From: Bugula neritina
Lineage: Eukaryota; Animalia; Bryozoa
Assembly (NCBI GenBank): GCA_964035545.1
Contig: CAXIUT010000057.1
Location: 75,183-103,230 of the forward strand
Reading direction: 5' to 3'
Length of the DNA: 28,048 bases
Of this stretch, positions 11,801-25,802 are shown piece after piece. Each line of letters opens with the position of its first letter. Position 1 is the first letter of the stretch. The notes below the pieces were generated by a model. It was not told the origin of the DNA and ran no database searches. It saw only the letters and a list, made by a program, of their open reading frames with translations. The translations under genes and the position numbers were made by a program.

Positions 11801-12598
11801 TATTAATTCTTAGAACTTAAACTTGAAAATAGATTAATCTAGTGAATTTTAAATGATGATGACAATGGGTCGATAAAAAGCAGATTACATACTTTTGATT
11901 GATATATTTTTATCTATAACCATTCCTTAAACTAACTATATTATCTATCCTGGCTATCCTGTTACTATTTTGGTGTCGATGTAGTCACTGGGGTCCATGT
12001 AGTTGTCAGAAGAGTCGATATCTGTTGGTAAAATATTTAGTTTGCTATCTAGGAGGGCTCTTGTTATTTTTTATAATAATTTATTTCCTTAAAATTAGGT
12101 ACTTATTTTTCCCATTTAGATGAATTGTTTATATATTTTTTTTGATAAATTTCTGACCTAATTTTATAATTATTAAGCTATGATTTATTTGTTATCTCGT
12201 TATATTGATCCAAAGATATGTTTGATAGAAAAGAAACCATTTTACTCATCAGAAGATGACTAACTTTATGACTACTATTTTTATCTGATCATATCTTGTT
12301 ATTCTTAGACCATATATGCTAATCTATTTAGATCTTTTTTTATTTTTTATATATCTTTTTTGCAAAATTAGCAATACCTCACATACTTTTATGATAAACC
12401 TAGATAAGTGCCATTAATGTATAGATCTGAACAGTGAGAACAGTATATTTTGCCACAAAATCTGCAATGATGTTTTCGACGAATGCAGTGAAAGTTTTTA
12501 CAGCAGCATTGACATCGATTGCTACTTTAGTCTTTACGCCAGTTTTAACGAGGACATAAACGAGATTTCAACTATTTCCAGAACTTTTATTTCATCAT
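8804..12598 (-). CDS. FAB1: Fab1/PIKfyve-like phosphatidylinositol-3-phosphate 5-kinase (FYVE - CCT/TCP1-like - PIPK), about 1264 aa
   Basis: FYVE: WRKDESSNRCQCCCKNFHCIRRKHHCRFCGKIYCSHC. CCT-like: YMDPSDYIDTKIVTG...VEGMVIDKNI. PIPK: CIVMQNLF...YDLKGSEINR, VIDYSLLV, MGVIDFMRPY and PTVLPPNEYAMRF. Start, spot-checked internal segments and TGA (8804-8806) share one frame, but the middle was not checked codon by codon. Confidence 0.92.
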
Positions 12599-12676
12599 CT
12601 TTTGTTATTAATGAATATTAGTTGTAAAATATTATAAATTCTCTTTTAATGATAGTTTATATTATTGTTAAAATCA

Positions 12677-15054
12677 TCATAAATCTTCATTATCTTAACT
12701 TTCCAAGGGTATCAATCGATTGTTCATAAATATCTTCCACTGATCATCATAATGATCTATATAATAACATAGTTACAAGATAAAAAGTTTTAGCTGATGC
12801 CTGAATCGAGCACCCACCAACTAGGTCCTCCAAAATCCCAAATATGTCTGTAGTTTGCTCTATGAGAAGTTCCATAATTTCCCAATTCCATCTTATTGCA
12901 TTTACCTACATTAGCAGTATGCAAGTTTCCCCAGCCAGCAGCTTACCGATTGAACAACTTGCCGAGAAGAGGGTGGGCACCTAGAGGCAAGTGAACCATG
13001 ATATCTCGATGGAATTATCCCCAAATCCACTTGCTACTATCTTTTGTTTTGAAATGAGTCGTCAAAGTGGATTCCATATTTTTCCAGGCAGTATTCATTG
13101 TTTTTTGTTGTTTTTTGTTTCCTTTGAAAGCTTGATGGATGTAGTTGTATATATATTGCTGGGTATTGTGGACATTAAAGATACTGAAGTTCAAGTTGTA
13201 GGTAGGTCTGATTTCTTTCCATAATTAAAACATAAAGATTTCATACATAGTAGCTTGATAAGAAGTAGACGTGAAGTTGCAACTGAAATCAGCATGACTT
13301 CTTTCTGCGCGATCGACTACCTTTCTTATTTCTGGTAATATTTGTTGGCAATATGCATCTACTGTATCATGTAGAAGTTCTAGAGCAAATTGGTTGTTAA
13401 TTTTTCTATTTGATTTGATTTAGTTACTAATCAGATATTCTAGACGATCAGCTCTAGCAGTAAAAATAGAATATTTGAAATATCCGTCATGAACTTTTTC
13501 ACTTGCAACTTGGTTGTTGCTAACAACTATGAATCCATTTTTAGGATCAAATATCTCCAATCTATCTTCTGCTGGCATAAAACCTAACCAATCATTTTAA
13601 GATGTAGTTCCATCTTTTAAATAGCAACCTGATTAATAATTTTTTCTTATTGGATTTACTCCCAATTGTTTGTACATGATGTGGTTGTCAGCAGTTGCTC
13701 CTACTAAGCTGATACTGGGAGCGTATGAGGTACCTTTGGCAAAAAATTATTTTATTTATTTTATGTTTGTTGCTTCAATATGTCTAGAACTGACCAAAAG
13801 GGAGGTGTAGTCTTGGTTATAACCAGTCCAGCTAAGTGATATTGTTTCGTGGGTTAGATCGAAAATGCCAAGTCCACTGACTAGATAGTTCATAATTGGT
13901 CCTCTGTGGGTAGTTCTAACAGTGTGTTTATATTATTTTAATCCTTTATCTGTTTTGATTATGATCGTTTATTAGCGTTTTCCCATTTCTTTCCATTATC
14001 CGTCAATCAAATATTTATCTCCTTTTATTTTTTATTTGTAGAGATCTTGGGTATCAGTATAGATAGTAGTCAGTGATAAGGCAAGATAGTCTGTTTTTCC
14101 ATAGGCGAAAGTAATGCCAGGTATTGCTACTCCAGCAAAGTTGATTTATTTTCCATTGTGTTGATAAGTAGCTTTCAGCTGATACCAACTAGAAGGATAG
14201 GGATTGTCCAAGTGAGGATCTCCTGATATAATTGGTTTGCCTGATTATGTGTGTTATCCAGAGACAACCCAGCCATTGCTACCTTAAGAAGAAATAAAAT
14301 AATCTGGGAGTCCTAGGTTGACTATCTTTGATATTTCAAGTGGATCAAGTATTGCTGATTGGACATAGTTGCTTTTGGTAAACTTTTAGGGAAGGTCTTA
14401 GTCTTTGATAACATTGGCAGAATCGAAAGCCCATCCTTATTTTGTACTTGGAAAGAATTTATTGATTTAATCGATAGTATGATTGGCCAAGAAGCTACTT
14501 CGAGTGTATTCTTAAAGGATAGCAAAGGAAGTTCCCCAATCCATCAATTTAAACAGAACAAATATTTTTTTAACACTCCATTCTTACCATTTAATCCCCA
14601 AAATATAAAACTAAAGTGGCATAAATAACCTTCTCTTTACTTCATCATTAATTCCTTGAGAAAAAGCTTCAAAATCAGCATACCCTTCTGGATCTGATTT
14701 CTTCATGTGATCAACTACATGATCAGCTACCTGAGAAAACCCTAGATCTCTCATCATGATATCTACTTGAAGTGTTCTTTATCCTAGATATTTTGAAAGT
14801 TGTCCTGTTGCATAGATATATCTGAAAGTACATTGGAAGAGTCTGTCTTCAGATATGACGTTGCCCCAGGCATAGAGGAAACTCCTGCGGTTGGGAGCAT
14901 GGATTTTAGGAATACCATTTTCATCTCGATCTATTCGGATTTTATTTGATTTGTAGTTAAGAGAAGAGACATATGATGGTGAGAAAGTGAAGTAGAATGC
15001 TACGATTGAGATCAATGCTAAGAGTATTATTGAAGTAAATATCTTTTTGATCAT
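12677..15054 (-). CDS. Penicillin acylase / acyl-homoserine-lactone acylase family Ntn-hydrolase (peptidase S45) with N-terminal signal/anchor; about 785 aa; one intron
   Basis: Hydrophobic N-terminus MIKKIFTSIILLALISIVAFYF. Alpha-chain motifs are IRIDRDENGIPKIHA, EDRLFQ and PLEFYILGIKWEEWS. The beta-chain starts G|SNGWVVSGEHTESGKPIISGDPHL (Ser at 14278-14280). The C-terminus has SGISENFLSYHYDDQW and ends in tandem TGA TGA. Confidence 0.92.
12757..12776 (-). other. 20-nt spliceosomal intron
   Basis: gtaactatgttattatatag on the minus strand; its removal restores FLSYHYDDQW. Confidence 0.88.
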
Positions 15055-15278
15055 TGTTGTAACAATATTTTTAATTGAATTAAAAAATATATATTTATTG
15101 AAATTTATTTCAATAGCTGTTTAAGAGATTTAAAATTTATTTTTATGTTGATTTTATCGTCTATTTATTTAAAATCATTAAATATTTATTTTATTTATCT
15201 ATTTCTGGCTGTATAATTTCAGAAATGATCAGAAATATATTTTTTATCAAAGAATATTTCCATTAATTGATATATCTT

Positions 15279-17831
<2,553 letters not shown>

Positions 17832-17851
17832 TTAGAATAATTTATTAATTT

Positions 17852-17896
17852 AATCTTCTAAAATCTTCTAAAAATATTCTAAAAGTCTTCTAAAAA
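17852..17896. repeat. Short imperfect tandem repeat (10-11 bp unit x4, core TTCTAAAA)
   Basis: aatcttctaa aatcttctaa aaatattctaa aagtcttctaa in the 95-bp intergenic spacer. Confidence 0.7.
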
Positions 17897-17926
17897 ATTT
17901 CTTATATTCATTAGATTTCTTCTATC

Positions 17927-18667
17927 ATGAAAATTAATTACATGAAGAACCAAGTATCAAACCTTGAAGAGGATAGAATTCAATAGATAAACCTCAAATA
18001 CCCTGAAAAGAAAAGCAACCTCCCAGTTGCATAACTTGAATGTCGTATTTGTTTATAACCTCAAGATGAAGAAAATATGTTGATTTCCCCTTGTGATTGT
18101 ACTGGTAGTGTGAGATGGCTTCACGTCAAATGCTTTAGTAGTTGGATCATTAAGAAGTGCTAGAACAAAAAAGCAAAAGAATAGATTTTTGGAGAGAAAG
18201 GAGTGAAATGCTAGATATGTAAAGAAAAATATGAGTTCGATTATGAGATGAATAAAAAATGTGGAGATTGTTCTTTTATTCATCAACAATTCAAAAGAAA
18301 TAGATGTTTCGGAATATCTACTATTCTAATGATAATAATCGAAGTAATTATGCTTTCCTTTTTATCTTATCTGGCTATTTCTGATACGAATAAAGAATCT
18401 TTCGATATTTCTAAACCTCGATATTTTGCTGTATATATCAGTTTGACTTTTGTTGTTGGTAGTTCAATATACATTCTGATTGAATTTGGAAGTTTCTTTA
18501 TTTTTGATAAAGAGTATAAAATTTATCCAATAAATAAAAGAAGAAATGTAAAGGTAAAAATGGAAATGAGGGATAGTGGGATTAGTTTGATAAGTAAAAA
18601 GTAAAAACAAAGTCACTAAACTGATATGGCTTTTGCAAGTGATTATAGAAGATCATCATTCATTTGA
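17927..18667 (+). CDS. MARCH-type RING-CH (RINGv) membrane E3 ubiquitin ligase, 246 aa
   Basis: C4HC3 motif CRICLE...LISPCDCTGSVRWLHVKCFSSWI...KCEICK followed by two hydrophobic TM segments; TGA at 18665-18667. Confidence 0.92.
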
Positions 18668-18704
18668 TTTTTATTCTTCATTATATATTTATCATTATCA
18701 TCAA

Positions 18705-20243
18705 ATGACTAAATAGTTGAAAAAACAGATTGACTTTAAATTCAATCGATACTAAATAATCTTCCATACCTCAGTGATAGCACTACATCTCTACCTGGCT
18801 GTAACTTTGCTAAAAAAATAAGCAGACACAACTGATGACAAAACTATGACTACATCTTTTCTTACTCCTTTTATTGGTCGAGCAAGAGATAGTCATGATT
18901 TGCAGTGGTAAACATTTAGAAAGAATATTCCTATTCTTGTAGTTTGTATAATATTTTGGCATTTTTTGAGTAAAATAATTTAGAAAGTAAGAAATGATAA
19001 AATATGGATTTTAGGGATAATGATGCTAGGTTTTTGCTATCGATCTGATTTGTTGTTATTTTTAATGTTAATTTGGTTGTGGTATGTTTTTACTATGAAA
19101 TTTTATCAATTTAGATATTTTGTGTCGATTTGTTGGTTTCTGACTATTGGTGTTTTCTTTATTAACTAGCAAACTAATCATTTTGCTTGGCTTTCATAAA
19201 GAGTCGGAGGATTGATGCCTTTCGATTGGATGAGTGGGCAATGGAAACAGTTGAGTTTTGGACAAAATTTGAATCTTGTCTTCTTGAATCTGTTATCTTT
19301 TTCAATTGATTACAAAAGAGGAGATTAAACATAACAACTTAATATGCACCTATCAAAATGCAAAGAATGTACATCTAAACTATACTGTCTTAAAGGAAGA
19401 AACTATATTCAACCTGATAACTATTATTTTATCAATTATATCAACTATATTCTCTTCATACCAACCTTCTTAGCAGGCCCCCCTGTTTCCTTTAAAAATT
19501 ATATCTCATTCAAGAAGCAACCTTCGTCTAAATCACCAGAAATAACAAGAACTATCCTCCTCTTCATTTCTTTTTAACTATACCAACACTATCTACCAGT
19601 TCTCTCACTAAACCACTAACAGTCTTTAGTCACTGCAGAACTAATAAGTCTATTTCACTTGGTATTTATCTGGTATAAATTTCTTATTATATGGAGAATA
19701 AACAGAGTATGGGCTCAATTGTGTGGAGTAGAAGTGATTGACAACTTGAGCAGATGTATCTTTAACAACTATAGTTTTGAAGGATTTTGGAGAATGTGGC
19801 ATAGAGGTTTCAACCAATGGCTCATCCGTTACCTCTATATTCCTCTTGGAGGGTCTAACAATGTCATATCAGTGATCGTGACAGTCATGTTTGTTGCGTT
19901 CTGGCATGATCATTCAATAAACATTATCTTCTGGGCTCTAGTTATCTTAGTATTTATTTTACCTTAAATTTTAATAAAAAGATATATAAACAAATACTAT
20001 AGTCATCTTTACTGTTAGCATTGGTTTAAATATTTATGTGCTTTATTTGCAGCTATTTATATATATTTTTTAGTATTTGCTAATATAATTGGATTTGGTT
20101 ATGGAATCAATAATATGCTTATTTTATGGAATAAAATTCTAAATTAATGGATATCACTTATTTGGAGTATTTTAGTTGTTGCTAGCTGTGTTATTCTTAT
20201 GTTCTATAAGAGAAGTATCGAAGAGCAACCAGTCAACTATTGA
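18705..20243 (+). CDS. MBOAT family O-acyltransferase, GUP1/HHAT-like, 512 aa
   Basis: Motifs GRARDSHDLQWETFRKN, YILFIPTFLAGPPVSF, FWRMWHRGFNQWLIRYLYIPLGG and FVAFWHD (catalytic His); many TM segments; TGA at 20241-20243. Confidence 0.92.
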
Positions 20244-20337
20244 TATCTAAGTTGTATTTTGATGAAATCTTTATTATTCAATAAGAATGACAGTTATGAT
20301 TGATATGATATAAATTATATATATTTTAAGAGTAAAG

Positions 20338-22905
20338 TCAAATGGGTAAGATAGTCAACTGTCTTCGGGCTTTGGTTATTTTGAGTCGTTCATGTTTTTA
20401 TATTATTTCATCTATCAATGATTTGGCTTCAATTGGACTCATGTTTCCGTTTCTACCCAATAAAGGCAACACTGGATTATTTGTCTACATTTTCTAGTCT
20501 ATTGTCAATCTCATCTTTTTCTTTTTATCATGGACATTTAAATCTCTTCTATGAATCTCTTTTGTATGAGGTTTACTCTTCTCTCTAGCTTTTGATTTTT
20601 ATTGTTCTTTTTTGGATCCGATAAAAGGTTTGTAAGGGTTGCTGACTACTATATGTGAGGAATTAAAGTTGTCAGGACTGACAGAAGTGCCATGTTTATT
20701 TATTTCTCTTTACTAAGTATTATCTTTGATCGTTTGAGCTGTTTATTCTACATTACTACTTGAATGTTTGTAGTGAATTTTATTATGATCTATATTTTGT
20801 GAAACGAAGATAGAAGAATATTTTGTCTTTCCGAATAGTTTTCGATTTAAGAATGGTTAAACACAAGGCATCTCTTTGTAAATTCTTAATTTTAGAGGTC
20901 TGTTTGTGTCTTTATTCGGTCTATTTGTCTCTTTTGAAATGCTCTTTTCTAAAGATGAGTCAGCTGCACTTTTTTATGTTAAAACTTTATTTGTTTTTAT
21001 TTGTGACTTTTTTGGTATTTTGATAGCTAATTTTAATCTTTTTTAAGGCTATTCTTTATATATCTGTTTAAGTTCCATATCAGTATAATCTTCTCCTTAT
21101 TAAAAATCTGACTTCTAAGAATGAACTTAAAATCGATGATCTTAAGCAGATTCATTTACTATTTCCCTCATCAATTCTTTAGTATCATTATCTATAATAG
21201 TCATTTCTTATTCTATTATTTTTATTTTCTTATCTTCTTTTATTATTTTTTACTTACTACCTTTACTATTCTTCACCTAGAAATGTTTAATCTGTAATCT
21301 TTTAGGTAAAACAAAGATCGTTCTGATAAACTAGTTAAATCCTTCACACATATCATGTCCAGCTTTGATAAATTCACTTCTATTGAATAATTTTTCATTG
21401 CTTTTAGAACCAAATCCAAAAATAGAGGTCTAAATTGTATAAGAATAAATTATAGAAAATTCCTTAAGCATTACAGCTCTGGCTGTATTGACTCTTTATT
21501 AACTTATTTTGAAAGAACATGAAAAATATCTAAAGGCCTAAGAATATTTTTCCATCAGTTTTGTGAGTAATCTGCTTTGTATATAATATCGATGATCAAT
21601 GGAGTAGTTGGGACCATAGGTGAAGATATTCTTTTTAGAAGAGTGACCATGGAAATCAAGAAAAATAAAAGGTTTACATTGTGAAGCTATCGATCTAATC
21701 AATATAACTTCCTTTGATATAGAAGTATTGTTGAATATTCTATTAAGATCTCTACCCATAATGCCTGTTCTAAAGTTTCCAAGGACCACTCCATCAATAT
21801 TGACCATAGGGACTATCTTGAAAATTATCGCTTATCTTAGATAATAAGCACTTGGAGAACATAGATAATGCAAAAATCCATGAAGAACCCAGTTAGCTTG
21901 ACTTTCTCCTGGATGCAAACGACCAATAATCAAACAAGTTGGTTTAGATTGATTTCTTTTGTACTAGGAATATTTCAGATTATCAGTTTATTTACTAGTT
22001 ATAGTTAAGACAGGTAGTGGAAGTCCTCCTGTGGTTCTGTTGGTCATATCCACATCAAGAAACTGTTTGCATTATTTTTGTAATTTATCAATAGTATGGA
22101 GTAAGAAAGAATAGGTGTAGGGAAGACTGCAGGCAAAGTAGACACTATCGTCTTAAGGATCAAATTTGTATTCAAAAGAGAGGCAATAAGCATTGTTTCT
22201 TGCAAAATGGCACTGTTTTCCTTATTAATCTTCATATTTTACTCTTGAAGGTCTGTTGAATTTTATAATTTATCCTTCTTGTTTCCATGATTTCTTTGAT
22301 GATCGATAGACTGATATTTTTAATCCAGATCCATACATTAGATCTGTTTTTGAAAAGTTGTGGATGTTAAATTTTACTTTGCTTTTCTTTTTAATTGATG
22401 AAACTTTGAAGAAAAACCAACAAGTATGTCCTTTAGTATTGCTATCCACTCTCATAAAGAGATCATAGTCATTTTCGCTTATTTTAACAGCTAAATCCAA
22501 GTTTCCTGATTAAAAATTAGAATCAAAGTGTAACTAATTTTTATTTATAGTTGGATTAGTGCCTCGAAAAAGTCGATATTCCTCTGCTCTAATAGGCACT
22601 ATTTTCTATCTATACTTGGAATACTCATAGCCATATTTACAAAAAAGTTAACCTGAAAACAGCTATGACTGCTAGTATATATCATTTTAGTTAAAGTTGT
22701 TATTTTACTCTTAATTTTTAGAGTAAGCTCTGAAAGCCTGGTGATTGTTAGTATATCTATGACCCATATAGACAATTCTTTGAGGGTATGTGCTGCCGAA
22801 AGAGGTGAGGTGTTTTGATATTCTGTCTGTTTAGGGAGTGGAGAAGTAGAGGGGATGATCAGATTATGAAGGGAGAGGACGGGATGATTATGGTAAGGTT
22901 GACAT
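20338..22905 (-). CDS. Cytosolic carboxypeptidase (M14D, CCP/AGBL/Nna1-like tubulin deglutamylase) with low-complexity C-tail, about 855 aa
   Basis: Motifs FDSNFESGNL, HTCWFFFKV, GRLHPGES, MVNIDGVVLGNFR...DLNR, FLDFHGHS and SYTIETSIFG (catalytic Glu = TAG at 21430-21432). TGA at 20338-20340 is in the same frame as the start; the C-tail was not checked codon by codon. Confidence 0.92.
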
Positions 22906-23026
22906 TTTGGTTGGAATTATTAATATTTATTTAGGATGATGACTAAATTATGATAAAGTTATATTATAGTTAAAGAATATTTCCATTATTGACTAATCAT
23001 ATTGATAATATTTTTTTTTTTTTGAA

Positions 23027-25802
23027 TCATTTTTAGAGATACTTTTTGGCTTTATTGAGGATTAAACTGATTTCATTTTTATCTTAATAATTTTTTTCAA
23101 GATAATCAATCATTACTGCTGTCATTGCTTTTCTTTAATCTTTAAATTATGTTAGTTTATCTTTGAATATATTTTCAAGACTAAATTCTTTTAAAAGTTT
23201 TGAATTGTATTCCCAATACCCTTACGCTTTCATTAGTCTAATAAAAACTTAACATGGCCTTAAATTACCTTGATTTGGAATATATTAGGAAAATCCTCCA
23301 CCTCTCATCCTAATAATAACGGTCATAATTTAGTTATCTTCAATTATGCCTTAATCATCTAAAGTTAAATTTAATATAATAACTAGAAGACGGTAATATT
23401 TTAGAATAAATAAAATAACTACTCATTTGGTATAATTTTCCTCTTAAATTTTTTTAAAATTTGATGGATCTAAATATATCAGAATTTAAATATTTTATAT
23501 TCTGCTAAGAAGGAAAAAGTTATTTTCCATGGTGCAATAATCTAATGCTTTCTTATGGAAGTTTTCCACCAGAAGCATTATTAACCAGATTGTATATTTA
23601 TTTTATCGTTGTAGAAGAAGAATTGGTTCGAATTGCAAAAGAATCGAATAAAGAATGTATTATTATTTGTATTTTTTATCTTTTTTGTATTTTTTATCTT
23701 TTTTATTATCCGTTTAATTGTATATTTTATTTTACTTTTAACAGTTTAAGAACAATAAATAAAGTTGATTGATCTATTATATTTAAATCTTTTAAAGAAT
23801 AATTTTAATATTTAGAAATATTTTTTCCTTCATGTATTAACCTAATGCAATCTTGACGACATTTTCCGCCTGATGCACTATCAATCAAACTATACATTTT
23901 ATTCACAGTTGTTTCAGGATTTGTACGAATTGTATAACGATCACCAGTCAAAGTATTTAATTTAATAGTTATTTTTTAAGATTATTAGATTTCTGATTTA
24001 TATTATTCTAGTTATTTTAGTTCATTTTTTGAAATAACAGGAATGTTTTATTTAGTATTTCTCCAAATAAATGCAGTATATTTACTTAAAACTTGATTTT
24101 GTATACTCTTTTATATAATTATCTATTTATTTGGATATTATTCTTTCTCCATTTCTCCTATTTCTTCATAAATTATATATTTTCTCAAACTGTTGATGCA
24201 AGAATCATTGTTTATCTTTAATTTTATCTTCTAATGTTTAGAAGATTCTTGATCAAAATAAGATATTTATAGCTATTATTATTCATCTGAGTCCTATTCA
24301 TTGAGAGGAGCATTTGATAGAAGGAAAAATGAATTTTATTTTCCTTTCTTTATTATTTTTGGGATTGGAGGATATGATTATTGGTATTTTTTATTGTTAT
24401 ATTTGATACTAAATTGTTTTATTTCAGTTGAAATAAGAATATCCAATAGTTGAATAATTTGTTTTTTCATTTATTAATTATTCATAATAAAAATATGTTA
24501 TCCACCTCCTTCATTTGCTCCTCTTCGAATCATATCGAAACTAACTCCATTTCCAACCCCTATAACACTAGTAAATCCAATACGACTAATTCTTATATCT
24601 TAAATAATCTTGATTACTTACTCTACGTTGGACACTTGACCATCAGTTAGTAAAATTATATGTCGAATATATTCATTCATTTACTTACATTCTTTCCTTA
24701 TTTATAAAAGAGGAGAAGCGATTTATGTTTTGCCATAATTTGCCTCAAATTTTGTTATTTTTTCTATAGCTTATTCGACATTTATTTCATTGTAAATTAT
24801 ACTTGTTTTAAACATCTTTTTAAATTGGCTGCCAAAGCTGATTATGTTGAAAAAAGAGTTTATTGGAAGAGATTTCAAGAAGAGAATCAAGGATTCTTTT
24901 GCTTTTATTATTCTTTAGTCACTCATTGATCCTGATCTATCAAGTAGAAAGATATATTAACCTTTATATGAGTTACTGTTAGATCTATTTGATTTTGGAG
25001 GAATCCATGTTACGTTGAGGCAAGAAGGTCCTGAAGTACATGTAACTTAATTGAATTTATTGAGTTCAAAGGTAAATTATAAATCTTTTTCTGGGAGTTT
25101 AGCTTCATCAAGAGTATAAGTTCTTAAAGTTTTATTGAAAATATTTTCTGATAGTTTATGACTGGAAGAGCTTACTTTTTTAATTTTTTTATCTGAAAAT
25201 AAATTTATCTTGAAATCCCACTAACTAGCTTTATCAATAGTAGTTATCTTTTAAGGATATTTTGATAAATATTTTTAAAATGATCTATTGATGGCTTTAA
25301 TTTGTGTTTAGTATCTAGGACCAATATGTGAAGGAATTCTCAAAGTCCAACTATTAGGTAGTTAGTTTGATAGTTTTCCAATCATTTAAAATTCAATTTT
25401 AATGCTTTCATTTCCTGGAAGATTTCCAAGTTGTACCTTTAGTATTGATTTTTCTTGTAAAGAGTTAGAAGTCATCATTACTACTTATCCTTGTTCTTTT
25501 GCATATTAGTATTATGCAACTACTTATTTTCTTTCTTTTATAATTCCTTCAATAGTTTTGTTTTTGTAAATTCCAATGACTTTAGTAATACAAAAATTGG
25601 GATCAGTTGGAATCGAGTAGTGAATTTCTAAAGTTTTTTTCAATGGATTTGTGTAAACTTGAGATGATTTTATTTCAGCAAAGTTGTTTTTGATATCAAC
25701 TAAATACTTATTAGAAACTATAGGAACCATTAGTTTCTCTTTGTTGTCTAAAAATGAGTAACACATGCCTGCTAGAGAAGAAGGAGCGGCTTACTCTTAC
25801 AT
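23027..25802 (-). CDS. Second VIT-vWA (VWA5A-like) paralogue with two divergent UBLs, the second ending RMRGG; frame interrupted at about 23360-23500
   Basis: Colinear with the 15279-17831 gene (FAEIKSSQVY, HYSIPTDPNFCIT, WTLRIPSHIGPRY, GEYIFLLDRSGSM, ILLTDGQV, GYWEYN, KAKKYL). UBL-a spans about 23972-23742. UBL-b spans about 23674-23297 and ends TVIIRMRGG. Removing 3n+1 nt is needed to reach the C-terminal frame. Confidence 0.85.
23667..23702. repeat. Perfect 18-bp tandem duplication inside the CDS (KREKIQ x2)
   Basis: ttgtattttttatctttt x2, at the junction between the two UBLs. Confidence 0.85.
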
